The notes under the pieces are model-generated. The model made no database searches, had not been told where the DNA came from, and was given only the letters and a program-made list of their open reading frames with translations. Positions 35,854 to 47,893 of a stretch of DNA of 51,161 bases are shown in pieces. Within the stretch, counting starts at the first letter, position 1; the number at the start of each line of letters is the position of its first letter. The stretch comes from Atractiella rhizophila (taxonomy: Eukaryota). Location: NCBI GenBank assembly GCA_021432655.1, contig MU271240.1, positions 76,534 to 127,694 on the forward strand, in the 5' to 3' direction. Position numbers and translations under genes: made by a program.

Positions 35854-36300
35854 TGTTAGGGCTAACGTTACTTACAGTCGCCAATCAGCAATGTAGCTGT
35901 AGTGGAGATGAACCTAAGAGAATACTCTATGGTCACCTCCACTACTATTCAATCTATATACAAGCGGAATAACACTGCCACAGAGTGTAGAAAGAGTAGA
36001 TGAAACATGTAAGAGAACTAAAGGGAAAGTGACAGTGGGATGACACAGGGTTAATAAGAGGAGAATAGACACAATTGGGCTAAGTGGTGATGGAGGCGCA
36101 AATGGGCGAATGGGCGACTGGGAGACCCAGAGCAGAGGAGAGTATACAAAACATATAAGAGAACCAAAAAGGGAAAGCAACAGTGGGATTACATAGGGTT
36201 GATAAGAGGAGAGTAGACACAATTGGGTTAGGTCGTGATAGAAGCACAAATAGCTGAGCAGACGTATGGGCACCAATTTGCACAGGACACAAACCTGACA
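35854..36300 (-). mobile_element. LTR (family A, minus) with an internal ~145-bp-period duplication; no TSD
   Basis: TGTTAGGGCT at 35854 and AAACCTGACA ending 36300; the block ACAGTGGGAT...ATAAGAGGAG..TAGACACAATTGGG occurs twice. Confidence 0.8.
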
Positions 36301-36563
36301 GCTAGGTCCCTATGACTTGGAATGTAGACCAAGAGATAGGAAGTCAGTTATTACACTGTAAAGCATCGGCCTTCAGAGTATTCAAACTTATTACTTCGAC
36401 ATTTAACCATGTTAGTAGGTTCTCCAACACTGCCCTTATTCCCTTCATCAATATCCATCTCAGTTTTCCTTGCATCAGTGCCTGTTTCATGATATCATGC
36501 CTTGAGCTAAACTAAAATGAAAACAACCATGAAGTCAGTTTCTTCATAGTATATTATATCACA

Positions 36564-39500
36564 CAAGTGTGTCAGTGCCCTTGTCCCTTAGGCATCCCTC
36601 CCGCCAGGTGCTTCGTCCCTTGGACTCCAGCCTCTGGTGGCCACTGCGTGGGGCTTCGCCTTCGGCAAGCCGGCATGTACACGGGTTTTGGTATAAATTT
36701 GTATGATTTCATTATAGGTAGGTCTACATGCATTCGATCGTGAAATTCAAAACTTCTCTGTACACTATATTTTCCGTCCTCTTATTCTCTGTCCCTTGCA
36801 CTTAGTGTAAATAAACTCGAAGATTCTTTGCGTTCAAAACTCTAGAAAGTCCTGCGTAAAGTTGTCCATGCACAAAAACTGGTGTGTCCAAATACAATCC
36901 AACAGTCTCCACCAACTGGCCCTATGGCTTGTTGATGGTGAGATAGAAAGCCAATTTGACAGGGAATTGAAACCAGCGTAAGGTAAATGGGAATGAATTT
37001 GTGGCCTTGCTATCCAATGCAATGGGTGGGATAAGGACTGAGGTGCCTGTGAATCTGCCTGTAATGATGGTAGCCTCAATGATACAGGAGAGCAGCTGGG
37101 TGATGATCAACCGTATACCATTACAGATCCCAGCTGAAGGATTGAGGTTTCATATTAGGATAATAGAGGCTCGAACTTTGAGATGAAGACGATGAAGAGG
37201 GAGACCCATCATATTAAGAGTATTAAGGTATTTAACTGTGAAGCCTTGTTGAATGTTCTCACTGTCGTCCATCAATCCGTCAGCACTAAGGTAGATTCGT
37301 TCCTGTCTGGACACAAATTGTCGAATAAGCTGATCGTTTATCATGTCAACATCAACATTCCGGGCCATAAGGAGCAATACTCTTGAAAGTATTGCCTCAA
37401 CTCGACTGGTTTGACATCTTGCGTTATGGTGCTCAGTCCAGGGTAGACCACGATCGCCAGACTATTGTTTGGTCCTTCATAGTCAGTGGACCATGGCCAC
37501 AGTCTTCTGGGTTATCCGTTGCGCCATTACCAACTAATAACAACCATCCAGCAAAGCCAGAGGCAATAGCAAAGTCTCAGCTACTCATTTCGGCCTGACA
37601 ACGGAGCAGGCTTATAATTACTGTGAGTGGGAGGACTCAAACTGCTGGCCAACAGGGGCTGTTGATGACACATGCATCGATGATCTGTACACATGAAGCT
37701 TTGGGGAGGACTGAGAGGCATTGTCCCACGTCGCCTAATTATTTATCAGACATGAACTCTTTGATTCGATGCACTTACCACCAAGAACCAAAATAAACTC
37801 CACCGAAAGGCACATCCACCTTACGTATATCTCTCAGCATCCGGTCAACTGCTTCAAAGCACCATTGATGACTCATTCCCACTTTGTCCCAAATTATCAA
37901 TTCTGCCTCTTGACAAAGTCGACCGTGATCACTTTGAGCCGTAAAACCGCAGACGGAATCAGTTTCAATGTCCAATGGGATCCGGAAGCGAGTATGGGCT
38001 GTTCGTCCACCTTCCAGCAGAATAGCAGCAATACTAGAAGAGACCACTGCCAGCGCAATTTTCCCTGCCGAAGACACCCCGGCAAGTAATAGGTTTTTGA
38101 CTAAAGTCTTTCCAGTCCCTCGTGGCCCATCAATAAAAAATAATCCACCATTTCCACTTTGCCATGCTTCTACAACCATGTCATAAGCATGACATTGGTC
38201 CTTAATAATGGTAACTCTGTCCGAATATGTGCGTGAAGTAGTGGTCGATCATATGCAAGATCTTCTCGAGTAATCCTTGTCTCACCTCCCCATCTTTCTA
38301 GTCGCTCTGCGGGTTGTGGTAATCCAAAATTACTTAGGGATTTACCATGAGCTTGGAGGAGATCTTCAATTTCGAGGAGACAGAGGCTGATAATTTGCTT
38401 GTTCGTTGGATTATCTACACCATATTCTGTGCGTAGAAGGTGTTTACAATCGTCACTGAGTTGCTCACGATGGCTGTCCCATAATCTTCTGGGTTCGCTG
38501 GCGACTCCAAATAGCAGGATGTAGACAAAACAGAGATCACATTGCAAAGCCATTCTTGACCCTGCTGGCTTCATTAAGATAATAATCCCATTCTTCGTCA
38601 CTTTCTAACAGCCCAAGAGCCACACATGTAGCCTTGAAAGTCTTATAGACAGTTCCCTCGACTATTTGGATATCGTCAAAAGATTTTGGGCTGACGTCCT
38701 GATGCAGAAGTATTCAGAGATAGAATAACTTCCCTTGTGACGGTGCAACATAGTGGATATGGCCGATGGCTTTTTGTCTCTCCCCTATTTTCCAAGAGCA
38801 TGAGCCTGACTTCCAGGTAAGGAATTGAGGAGCCTTAGGATAGGCAAGGTCTTCAGTAATGTTGGGTTTTTCCCAACAGTAAGTGAAGAACTCTGTCAAC
38901 ATTGTTTTAGCAATGTTGTTCCTGCCAAGAATGTCACCCGGGAACTCATCTTGAGGATTAAAGGTCACAGAATGCTGATCAGGGAGGGTACTGCCAAGCG
39001 AATAACCACAGGAAAATGCTGGTGTAAAGTAAAATGGAAAATCCTATAACAGGCCGTAAGTTGTATCAAATAAGCCCTAACATCATCTCAGGAGTAGTTC
39101 TTAACACTTACCTTCAGAAGATGCAATGAATCTAGCATCCAAATACTCTTGAATCTCATCCATTACCCTAACATCACCCTGGCCGCTATGAAGGACAGCT
39201 TGCTCCCGATCATTTCTTTTGTAGATGTATTTGAAGAGGTACTTGATTGATTGGATGGAGATGCAGAGTTCCACATTGATATGAGCTATAAAGCCCTGAA
39301 GGACATAGGCATTAAACGGTACAACCCAACGATTATGGTAAATAAATCCATTCCGTGATTTCTGAAAGGCACATCCATTGTTATGGCAATGGTAGGTGGG
39401 ATAGCCATCTTTGTTGATGCCTGTTTCTTCCACGAATGGCTTCGGAAACTCTTTTCCACAGATCTTTCTTCCAGGATCTTTAGGATCATCTATGATACAT

Positions 39501-41100
39501 GGAGCATCTGGGTTGATGTCTCCACAGGGTCCATGAAGCATATGATTGCAGACAATCTCAAACAATTCAGGTTCCGTATCCTTGTCAGGCAATTCGGCAG
39601 ATACTATGCGGTAGATCACCTCGACATCCCTGATGGTATCTTCAGGATTGAGGATGATGAGGATGTGAGCATGAGGAAGGCCACGTTTCTGAAATTCAAT
39701 CACCCAGACGAAGCCAACTGACCATCCGAAGATTGAGTTATCCTTGATGTCCTGCATGTAAGCCTTCACCTTTGCATTGAAAATTCTAGAGACCAAGTCT
39801 GGTCGATCAGCAGCTGTTTGCCCAGGAAGTAGAGCTTCTATGATTTCTGGCCACTGTGGATTGCAAGTGAAAGTTGTGATGATAACAGGTGAACCTCGGT
39901 TCCCAACAATCACCATAGCATCTTGGAATTGCTGGCCCATTCGGCGGGGACTTCCAGTGTGTGACGATGGTAGAATAGTCCAGCAGACCTCCATGACTGA
40001 GGGGGATATATGCGTGCCAACCTTGCTCGGCGTAGGGGAACAAAAGTGGGAAGTGTAGAGGAATATAGTTGGTGTCCTGATCACTAAATCTTTCAAAGAA
40101 ATTCTGACCATCAGGACATTGAAGTTTAACCACAATGTCCCTTGTGATACCTGCTGTAGCTCCTGACTGTTCCCCTATGAGAAGCACTGCAATCTCTCCT
40201 ATGCCATGACCTGTAGGCCGATTGTATCGTCGAGGGTCCTGATCAGTAGGATTAATAGTTTGAAGGCGGAGGTTCAAAGTCGGATTATCTTCCATGTGCT
40301 CTGTTGCTGTTTTATATTTTTCTGGCCAGGGATTGACATGTCACATCATTCCTTGAAACTTCCTCAAAGTTACTTCATTGAGCTTGTGCTGTCCAACGGC
40401 CTCTACTCTTTGTCAAATCTGCTCTTCAGAATCCAGCATGTAGATTTGTACGAACCATTCATCTCCGTCAGAATCAGGTAACAAAGCTCTAATGCGATGG
40501 CACAGCTCCCCTTGAATCCGAAAAGAGTAAACTCCTTGCCCAGGAATAGGAGGCCGCTTGACTCCAAGAGAAGTAAAGGAAAGAGCATTATTGTAGAAGC
40601 GGAAGTTCTCTTGAAACTGCTTTGATTCTTGGGTATCTGGGTTGATTAATAGCTGATGTAATTCTGCTGGTGGTTCTTCATAAGCATGAATAATAATCTT
40701 TCCCAGAGAACAACAGTTAGAAAACTTTGGATTCCGCTAAGAGCTCCTTGCTATCCGTTCCTCAAGCCAATGCAAAGCACCACATTCTGAGCAAAAGGCT
40801 TCATTCCATCCCAAAAGTCGGACAGCCTCCACTGTGTCTGGTAAGTAGTTGAATGTGGAAAAAGGATGCTGATCTTGTCTTGCATCCTGAGAAGCTATTA
40901 CCGTTTGGTCAGGAAGATTGGGAATCTCAAATCCTCCCTCCTGCTGCCCATCAGAGAGACCGTCATCGATTTCTTCATGTAAAGGTGGAGGGTCTGGCCG
41001 ACGACAGTATCAGCGTCCTTGAGGAGGTTCCTGTTGCATACAAATTTGACACGTCAAATATTGAGGAGGTGTGGGTCGTGTAAGCTGAAAGCGCTGAGGC
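36564..41100 (-). mobile_element. Helitron with degenerate Rep/Pif1-helicase gene
   Basis: N-terminal Cys region (NPKFSNCC...YNNALSFTSLG); Rep motifs TFTCNPQWPEI, DRPDLVSRIF, IEFQKRGLPHAHIL, HGPCG, YLFKYIYK; helicase FIDGPRGTGKT, GGRTAHTRFRIP, QFPVKLAF. 3' hairpin TGCCT-AAGGGACA-AGGGCA followed by CTTG|T at 36564. The 5' end is unresolved. Confidence 0.9.
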
Positions 41101-41931
41101 AACCCCGCAACACGCCTCTCTGAACGGCGGGGAATCAACAGGGCTATCTTCTCGCCTCTGTTGTTGGGCCCCAATTCATGTCTCAGTACCCTTTTTTTTG
41201 CTTGGGATGGGCATAATGAGTCTACTTGGCCATCAGAAGGATGCAAGAGGCTGTATTTCACTTACTTACATGTCAGTGCTTTCCTTCCTTCATGAATGGC
41301 AAAAGCCAACTTTTCGCATACAACCTGAGAAACCTCAGAAATGATCAAAGCAGGCTATAAAAAATTGCATGCATTCAGGGCAATTGGCAAGGCTGCAGCG
41401 GCGGAATTTGGTTTATTGCGGGGGCTGCTGCGGCGACAGAGTTGGGTATTTTCTTGCTTTCAAGAGTTTGAGTCCAGTACAAAACACATTTTTCAACCCT
41501 TTCAGAATAAAACCTTCTTGCAGGTTCAGAAAGAGGCAAGCATATGGGATATGATGGTATATTGCATTTCATTCCATTATGCATGGTGAGGAAGGTGTGA
41601 GGGCTCAAAAGTGCTTCTTATAACTCATGCCAAGAACTGATGAATCTTAGAGAATAGGATTATAGATCAAGACATGCCTTTTATTTCAAGACAGAAATAT
41701 CCTTGCACATTTCCTGGATACAAAACTGCCTTTGAACAGCCTTGCAGCCTCAGCCCTCATTTCAACTATGAAGAATAACAACTGTAGCAGCTGGACTCCA
41801 ATGTATAAGCTCAACTTGATGAGGACCTTCAAATTGGTTTACCAGGAGTGTCCCAACCTAAATCTTATTCAGTTGTATATGGGCTACCATCCTTCTCAAG
41901 CATATGAGACACATCTGTTCAGTAATCCTGT

Positions 41932-42135
41932 TGTTAGGGCTGACACTATGTGAGGTCGCTGACGGGCGATATAGTGGAGATGATATGACATAAGAAGACT
42001 AACCTGTAGTGGAAATAAATCTAAGAGAATACTCTAAGGTCACCTCCACTACTCTTCGATCTTTATATATCATATATATACAAGCAGAATAAGACTGCCA
42101 CAAAGTGTAGAGGAGAGCAGGCAAAACATGTAAGA
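41932..42135 (-). repeat. Truncated LTR (family A, 3' half)
   Basis: TGTTAGGGCTGACAC...CTAAGAGAATACTCTAAGGTCACCTCCACTAC matches the other copies; the match breaks off near 42135. Confidence 0.8.
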
Positions 42136-42139
42136 CAAC

Positions 42140-43711
42140 CACATTGCCTGTCACCTGTTGCAGAGCAACATTCTACGTTTACCGGAAGGAAAAGATCCTA
42201 TTCGTCCAAAAGGGAAGGAAGTACAAATGTATACTGAAAAAGGAAGCAAAAAAGTGGGTCACACCGACACACAAGAAGCAAAGGCACGAAGGATAAGACC
42301 TAACACTGTGGCATATCAAACAGGAGTTCTATTGGCCAACAATCCAAGTGGATGTAATGGAGCACATCCTCTCCTGCCCAACATATGGACCTTCCTGCCA
42401 CAACTACCTCCTGCACCTTATCCTCAAACTTGTGCCACTTTTCTTGGCCTTGTTCAATGTCTTATTACTACCCAAATGCAAGAAGGTACAAATGTTCGGG
42501 AAACTGGTATGCAAGGCAGTGATACCGTGCGATAACTTCACAGGTTTCTGAGGGGCATTGATGTCGTCAAATGAAAAGGCAGGCATATGAACCTTCAACG
42601 AAGTTGTCAACCATGCAGGACCGCATGCAATATTAGATGGAGAAGGAATGGTTAACAATGAGGAATTCAAGTCATGGGTGAAAGAGTAAGGACGGTAGCT
42701 CACGTCATGCCAACCCTGGAACTATCTGTGAACAAATTCCTCAAGAACAATACCTTGAAGGATGCCGAAAGAATGTGCCTCCAGGTAAAACGGATGCAAA
42801 CAGCTCTTGGACAATAGGATGAAGGCTGACATCAACTCCCTCAACTGTGACAGGAGCAGGAGCCATGGATTTATGCCTACTAAACTACTTTAAAGATGGA
42901 ACCCACCTGACAAGCAGGCAGTGATACAAGAGGACATTATGGATTTGTGGAGGAAGGGAAGGAGCTGTCTAGGAAGGACATTGAGGTGTATTTGGGTCAG
43001 ATGGGGGCGAAGAGGGAGCAGGCATTTGCAACAAGGTCAAGTACACTACAAAAATGAAGGAGAATTTCGACAAGCATGCCCACCCCATCAATTTCAAGCT
43101 GAAAGAGCTTGTAATGGTGCTAGACAGCACAATTCGAACACAACACTTGCAAAAACTTGAGGCACAATGGATGGGCCGATTTAGGTCACCGGGAAGAGAG
43201 GAAATGTCGAAGGGGAGGACTCCACAGAGAGACGCTCGATGGGATCAGGGTAGGAGGGTACTTCCACACACAACGGCTTAAACACTGTTATACAAGAGAT
43301 CCAGAAGAAGAAGGTCGTAGGAGGAAGGATTAGAAGCAAAGGATAGCTAGCAACACTAGCAGCGGTTCGTCTCACCTTTTCACTGTCATTTCATTCCCAT
43401 ATCAGCTACCTATATATATCACTTTATTCTCACGCTGTCCCACTGAATCTCTTTTGTTTCTTTTCTTGAGCGGGTAATATGTGGCAAGTGGTCTGGAAGG
43501 TTCTGTCAGGCATGTGGCAAATAGGGTTAAAAGTAGAATATGCTGGAACATTCTGAAACTTATGGCTGTCTGTGTATAAATACCCCTGCCAATGGAGTGA
43601 GATATCCAGATTGGTTCTCTTCGGATATCCACTCTACTTGGCAGGTTAGTATCTCTCTTGTATTGTTGTAATAATACTTAGGTTATCCACTCTACTGTCG
43701 GGGTGGCCACA
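42140..43711 (+). mobile_element. Gypsy relic: integrase pseudogene plus 3' LTR (43480-43711)
   Basis: EFYWPTIQVDVMEHILSCPT (H2C2 zinc domain); MKENFDKHAHPINFKLKELVMV...KLEAQWMGRF; LTR bounded by TGTGGC...GCCACA with TATAAATA near 43575. Confidence 0.75.
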
Positions 43712-43869
43712 GACCAACAGCTATACAACTGAACTAATGATGTGTGTTTACACCCATCTTGGTCTGTACTTAAGGTATATCAAGGGCTTGAACCATGACA
43801 TCTACTTGGCAACCTCCCTACTCAATGGCCTTATAGAGTATCAGCCCTAACAAGTGGCCTCACTAATAA

Positions 43870-45113
43870 TATGGATGTGGATCCTTAACCATACCAGATG
43901 GATCTATTATTCTACCCCAGGAAGGACTAGATAGTCAGTTATGCTCAATTTATGGATAACTAGATTCTATGTGAAATATCTCTGCTGTGAGCCTGCTTCA
44001 AGAATACTTCCAGATTTGCATGATTTTATCAGTAGGGAATGTAGATGTGGATGACATCCATGAGTGCTTGGTTCAGTGGTTTGAATGCTACAGGAGATTT
44101 GGTATATCAAAGTGCAGATCAAAATCATAGATGATGAGGAAGATCTCAGAAACCACTTCTCTGTTAAGGAATACCCTGGAGCTCTCTGGATTCCCTTCAC
44201 ATTCGTTTGCCCCTCGAGACCTGTGCATCCATCATTCTGGCCTGTGTAACAGCATACACCTCAGTGTGACTCAGCGTCTCCTGTATGTCATTGAGGCAAG
44301 CATCATTACAAGTGTACGCAGTGATGAATCAGTTCCTGTTACTCGAAATGGCATTGACAGTGCAGTATCAAAGTAGCTTCCTTTTTAATTCTTGTGCTTT
44401 CATTCCGTGTATCCTTAGTTCCATGTATGTTTACCATTTGCCTCGACTCTGAATAAAGTGCAAGGAAAAAGTGTCAAACATCTGTTGAACATGTCAGTTT
44501 GTACTTAGAGCCTTCTCCTTTCTCTCATGGGCAGCTTTACATTGGTCTTTCACACATTTCAAATGCAAACAATTTATAGGTATTGGTCAAACCGAAGAAG
44601 GAGAAGAAACAAGCAAACAGACAATGAAGTTTATAAGGAAACAGTGAGAATTTGGCTAATCGAGGGAGCTAAATTCCCCAGCCACGTACAAAACGATACG
44701 AGTAAGATAAACGGAAAGTGGTTTGTCATTACAATAGATATGTGTACCTAAATTCCCCAGCCACGTACAAAACGATACGAGTAAGATAAACGGAAAGTGG
44801 TTGGGGAAAAGGAAACGAATAAGAAAGGAAGAAAAGCTTTAATAGTGCTGCAGAGCGGAGGAGTGAAATGCAAAGATAAATCCGCAATAAACAAAACATG
44901 CATAAGTTAGTGTGGTGTGTTCCAGTCTGTCGTGTCTGCTTCCCGATTCACATTTCCATCTTCAACAGAAACGTTATGAGCACTCAATCACTAATTATCT
45001 CTCAGCATGTTCCTAAGAGTATAGTCAAACACTCAGCTTCTACTGTTTGTTAAAAACAGTAGAATTGATGTAGTCCCCCAAGGGACGAGGGGAGCCCCTC
45101 GGCTTGGTTTTAG
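43870..45113 (+). mobile_element. Second Helitron, 3' fragment (Pif1 helicase C-terminus and terminus)
   Basis: SGFPSH...GLCNS...VIEASIIT; PFASTLNKVQGKS; PFSHGQLYIGLS; TDNEVYKE; terminal hairpin TCCCC-CAAGGGACGA-GGGGA then ...TTAG|T near 45113. Confidence 0.7.
44669..44802 (+). repeat. Perfect 55-bp direct repeat with a 24-bp spacer
   Basis: CTAAATTCCCCAGCCACGTACAAAACGATACGAGTAAGATAAACGGAAAGTGGTT at 44669-44723 and 44748-44802. Confidence 0.9.
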
Positions 45114-45325
45114 TTCGACTATTGTTCATCTCCACTCCAGTCCCAACGCATTGCACGAAAGTAAAAGAGACTAGGCTCTACATATTAATGCATGCTTGAT
45201 AGGCTGAGTGTGTCTGCAGCGGCCTGTTCCAAACGTAGGTAGAGACAGAACACGCACAATAAGCCAATCATCATCACTCCAACATCTTTCCAACGACGCG
45301 GGTTTCTTGACTGAACCACTGCTCC

Positions 45326-46255
45326 ATGTCGCTTCTAAACACGCTGGCAACTCCCGAACAGGCCTCAAGCACGCCTTCTCGCCAAGATGGCATTCCCCTC
45401 GAGATGGAAACCTCTCTTCGCCTCTGTCAGTCCTGTTCCCAACATCGACAAGTGTAAGCTGACAAAACTCTGGGGACAGTTGGTAGTTTACTCATCCAAC
45501 AAGCCTCCCACTCCTGTTCTCTCCCTCAAGCCGTCCGAACCACGGCTTGCACACTCTACCAGCGCTTCTTCTACGTCTCCTCCTTCCGCTCCTTCTCCGC
45601 ACCCGACATCGCTCTCTCCTCCCTCTTTCTCGCTTCCAAACTCGAAGAATCTCCCCTGCGCATTCGGGATCTCATCAACACCTTTGATTACATTCTAGAT
45701 TACATCGCATGGATACGAGAAGAAGAGACGGCAGGTGGTAGTAGCAGGAAAGGGTGGAAGTACGAGACGATGGGGTATCATGATCCCAAGTACTATGAGT
45801 ATCGGGACGAAGCGGCTGCAGGGGAGATGCAAATCCTCAAGCGGTTAGGGTTCCACGTCTCAGTACAACCTTCCCATCCGATCCTAGCGAACTACCTCCA
45901 AGTCCTATCCCTCGTTTCACACCCCACAATACCCCAAGACGCCTGGTCCCTCCTCAACGACAGCCTCCTAACACCTCTTCCCGCCCTACACCCGCCCACT
46001 CTCCTCGCTGCAACGGCAATCTACCTCGCCTCGAGAATGGCGGACCCTCCGGTCCCATTACCTCTGAATCCGAGACCGTGGTGGGAACTGTTCGATGTTG
46101 AAAGCGAAGGGGAGATGGAGGAGGTCGGAAGGACGATTTTGGAGGTTAGAAAGAGGGGCGAGGCGGAGGGAGACGTTTGGACTTGGATGGCTAGTCTGCC
46201 GGTGGGTAAGAAAGGTGTGAGGGAGTGGTTGGAGATGAGAGGGAATGAAAGTTGA
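45326..46255 (+). CDS. Cyclin L-like transcriptional cyclin (2 exons)
   Basis: Exons 45326-45425 and 45480-46255 join in frame: TPSRQDGIP...LIQQA...LYQRFFYVSS...LFLASKLEESPLRIRDLIN...EMQILKRLGFHV...AWSLLNDSL...PWWELFD. Confidence 0.88.
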
Positions 46256-46859
46256 TTCAGTTTGTGTGCGTTCAACTCGTTTCATTTTTTTGAGCGTAAC
46301 AGGCTTTGTTGTTTAATCTACTTACCAAACATGTTAGGTGACATCTACTACTCACGGTCCTATTCTATTCCATAGGTGCCGCCGATTGTAAAGTATCTAC
46401 TACGGAGATCTACTCCCTCTACCACAAGCCATACTTCTGTCAATTCACACACGCTAGAACTTGAACTTCGGACTGCCTCTACATATACAACGGAACATCT
46501 ACGGATCTATTCTCGAATAATATGGAATGCGACAGCTGGGAAATATGACGATGCACCACGTGCAAGGAATTGTATGGCAGCGCTCTTAAAAACACTAACA
46601 TTGGCATTTTCGCCCATCTTCCACTTATGCACAGTATACATTTTGTAATTCCATTGGAGCCTCAGGCTGTAGGAGGAACGAGGAAGGAAAACATAAAAAC
46701 TCGGCTCGGCACGTGCCACAGTTCGGAGTCAGCCACAAAACTTGGCTCCGCTTCCGTCCTCGGCAACGTTTCCACCAACAACGACCACCTTCTTGACCTC
46801 ACTCGAATTCCCTCTCTTCTCTCTTTAAACCCTCACACTACCACTACCAGAATATAAAG

Positions 46860-47335
46860 ATGAAATTCGTCCTGATCGCCTCTCTCGTCGCTCTTGCCGT
46901 CGCTGTGCCCCAGGCTCCTCAGGTATTGTATCCTTGTATCCCTTCACTTGGCATAGCCTGACTAACGTCTGGGTGGGATAGGATGGCAAACGTTTGTTTT
47001 GTCTCTTCTTTCGACGAATGTCGCTGAAGCGTTGGTGGATGGTGATGGTGGAATAGGGATTGAGAAGCGAAGGATCTATAACGATGTGATGGACCAGATG
47101 AAGAACGGGGGTTTCAAGGTCTGTACCCAATTATACCTCTCCGAACCGGCCTCGAATCAACCTCTCGAACCAACCTCCTTTCGTCCTTTGAAGATCAACT
47201 AGCTAACGCATGGTGCGCTGTGGATAGGTCGACGCCGACATCAGCCTCCCTGGAACTGAGGGCCAGAAGTTTAAGATCGACGAGGTGCAGCACTGGCAAC
47301 AAGCGTGGAAGAGGGACGTCTCCGAGGACGCCTGA
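46860..47335 (+). CDS. 80-aa small secreted protein with Kex2-type KR sites (4 exons including a 10-bp microexon)
   Basis: Signal peptide MKFVLIASLVALAVA; exons 46860-46922, 46982-46991, 47057-47118 and 47228-47335 splice GT-AG in frame to a TGA. Confidence 0.7.
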
Positions 47336-47893
47336 TCTCATACCACGTCCATCCTCCACCTCCCCAATCGCTTTCATACAGGCATTTGCGACTGAAGAGG
47401 GGAGGACACTCGTTTGATTTGATATAGTTGCTTCGTCGCAGCAGGATTGATGGTTTCTTTTCTTTCGACTTCGATATGATGGATAGTCGTTGAAATATTA
47501 GCTTTCTTTTAGTTTCCTATTACATTCTCCATCTCTCTTGCCCCCCCTCTGCTCTCATCCTATGGCCACAGAACCTCCCTCAAACAAAAAGTTGAGGAGT
47601 GAAGTACCGTACCCACGTGACTATGGTCATGCACCTGAGGAGAAGAGATTCCAGCGACGAATTCAGTCTTCATCTTCGCATCTTCCGACTTGAACCTCGC
47701 GATTTCGTGCTCGAGCTCTCGAACGATTAACGAACTGTACGACTTACGAGTTTATCAGTAGTCTCCATCCTCAGCCCCAGCCACCAGCCATCCCGATCAT
47801 CCATCTCTGCCAATATCCCAACGTCATACCTACCTATCCACAGCAATATCTATCCGCTGCAAAAGGACTGCCATAAGAAGAGCTGTCTAAACG

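Noticed and set aside
43839..43865. TATCAGCCCTAACA followed by AGTGGC as an LTR end plus primer-binding site
   Set aside because: Only ~14 bp match family A, and the downstream sequence is Helitron helicase rather than gag.
44669..44802. Repeat-spacer-repeat resembling a CRISPR unit
   Set aside because: Only two repeats, 55 bp long, in a eukaryotic context with no cas genes.
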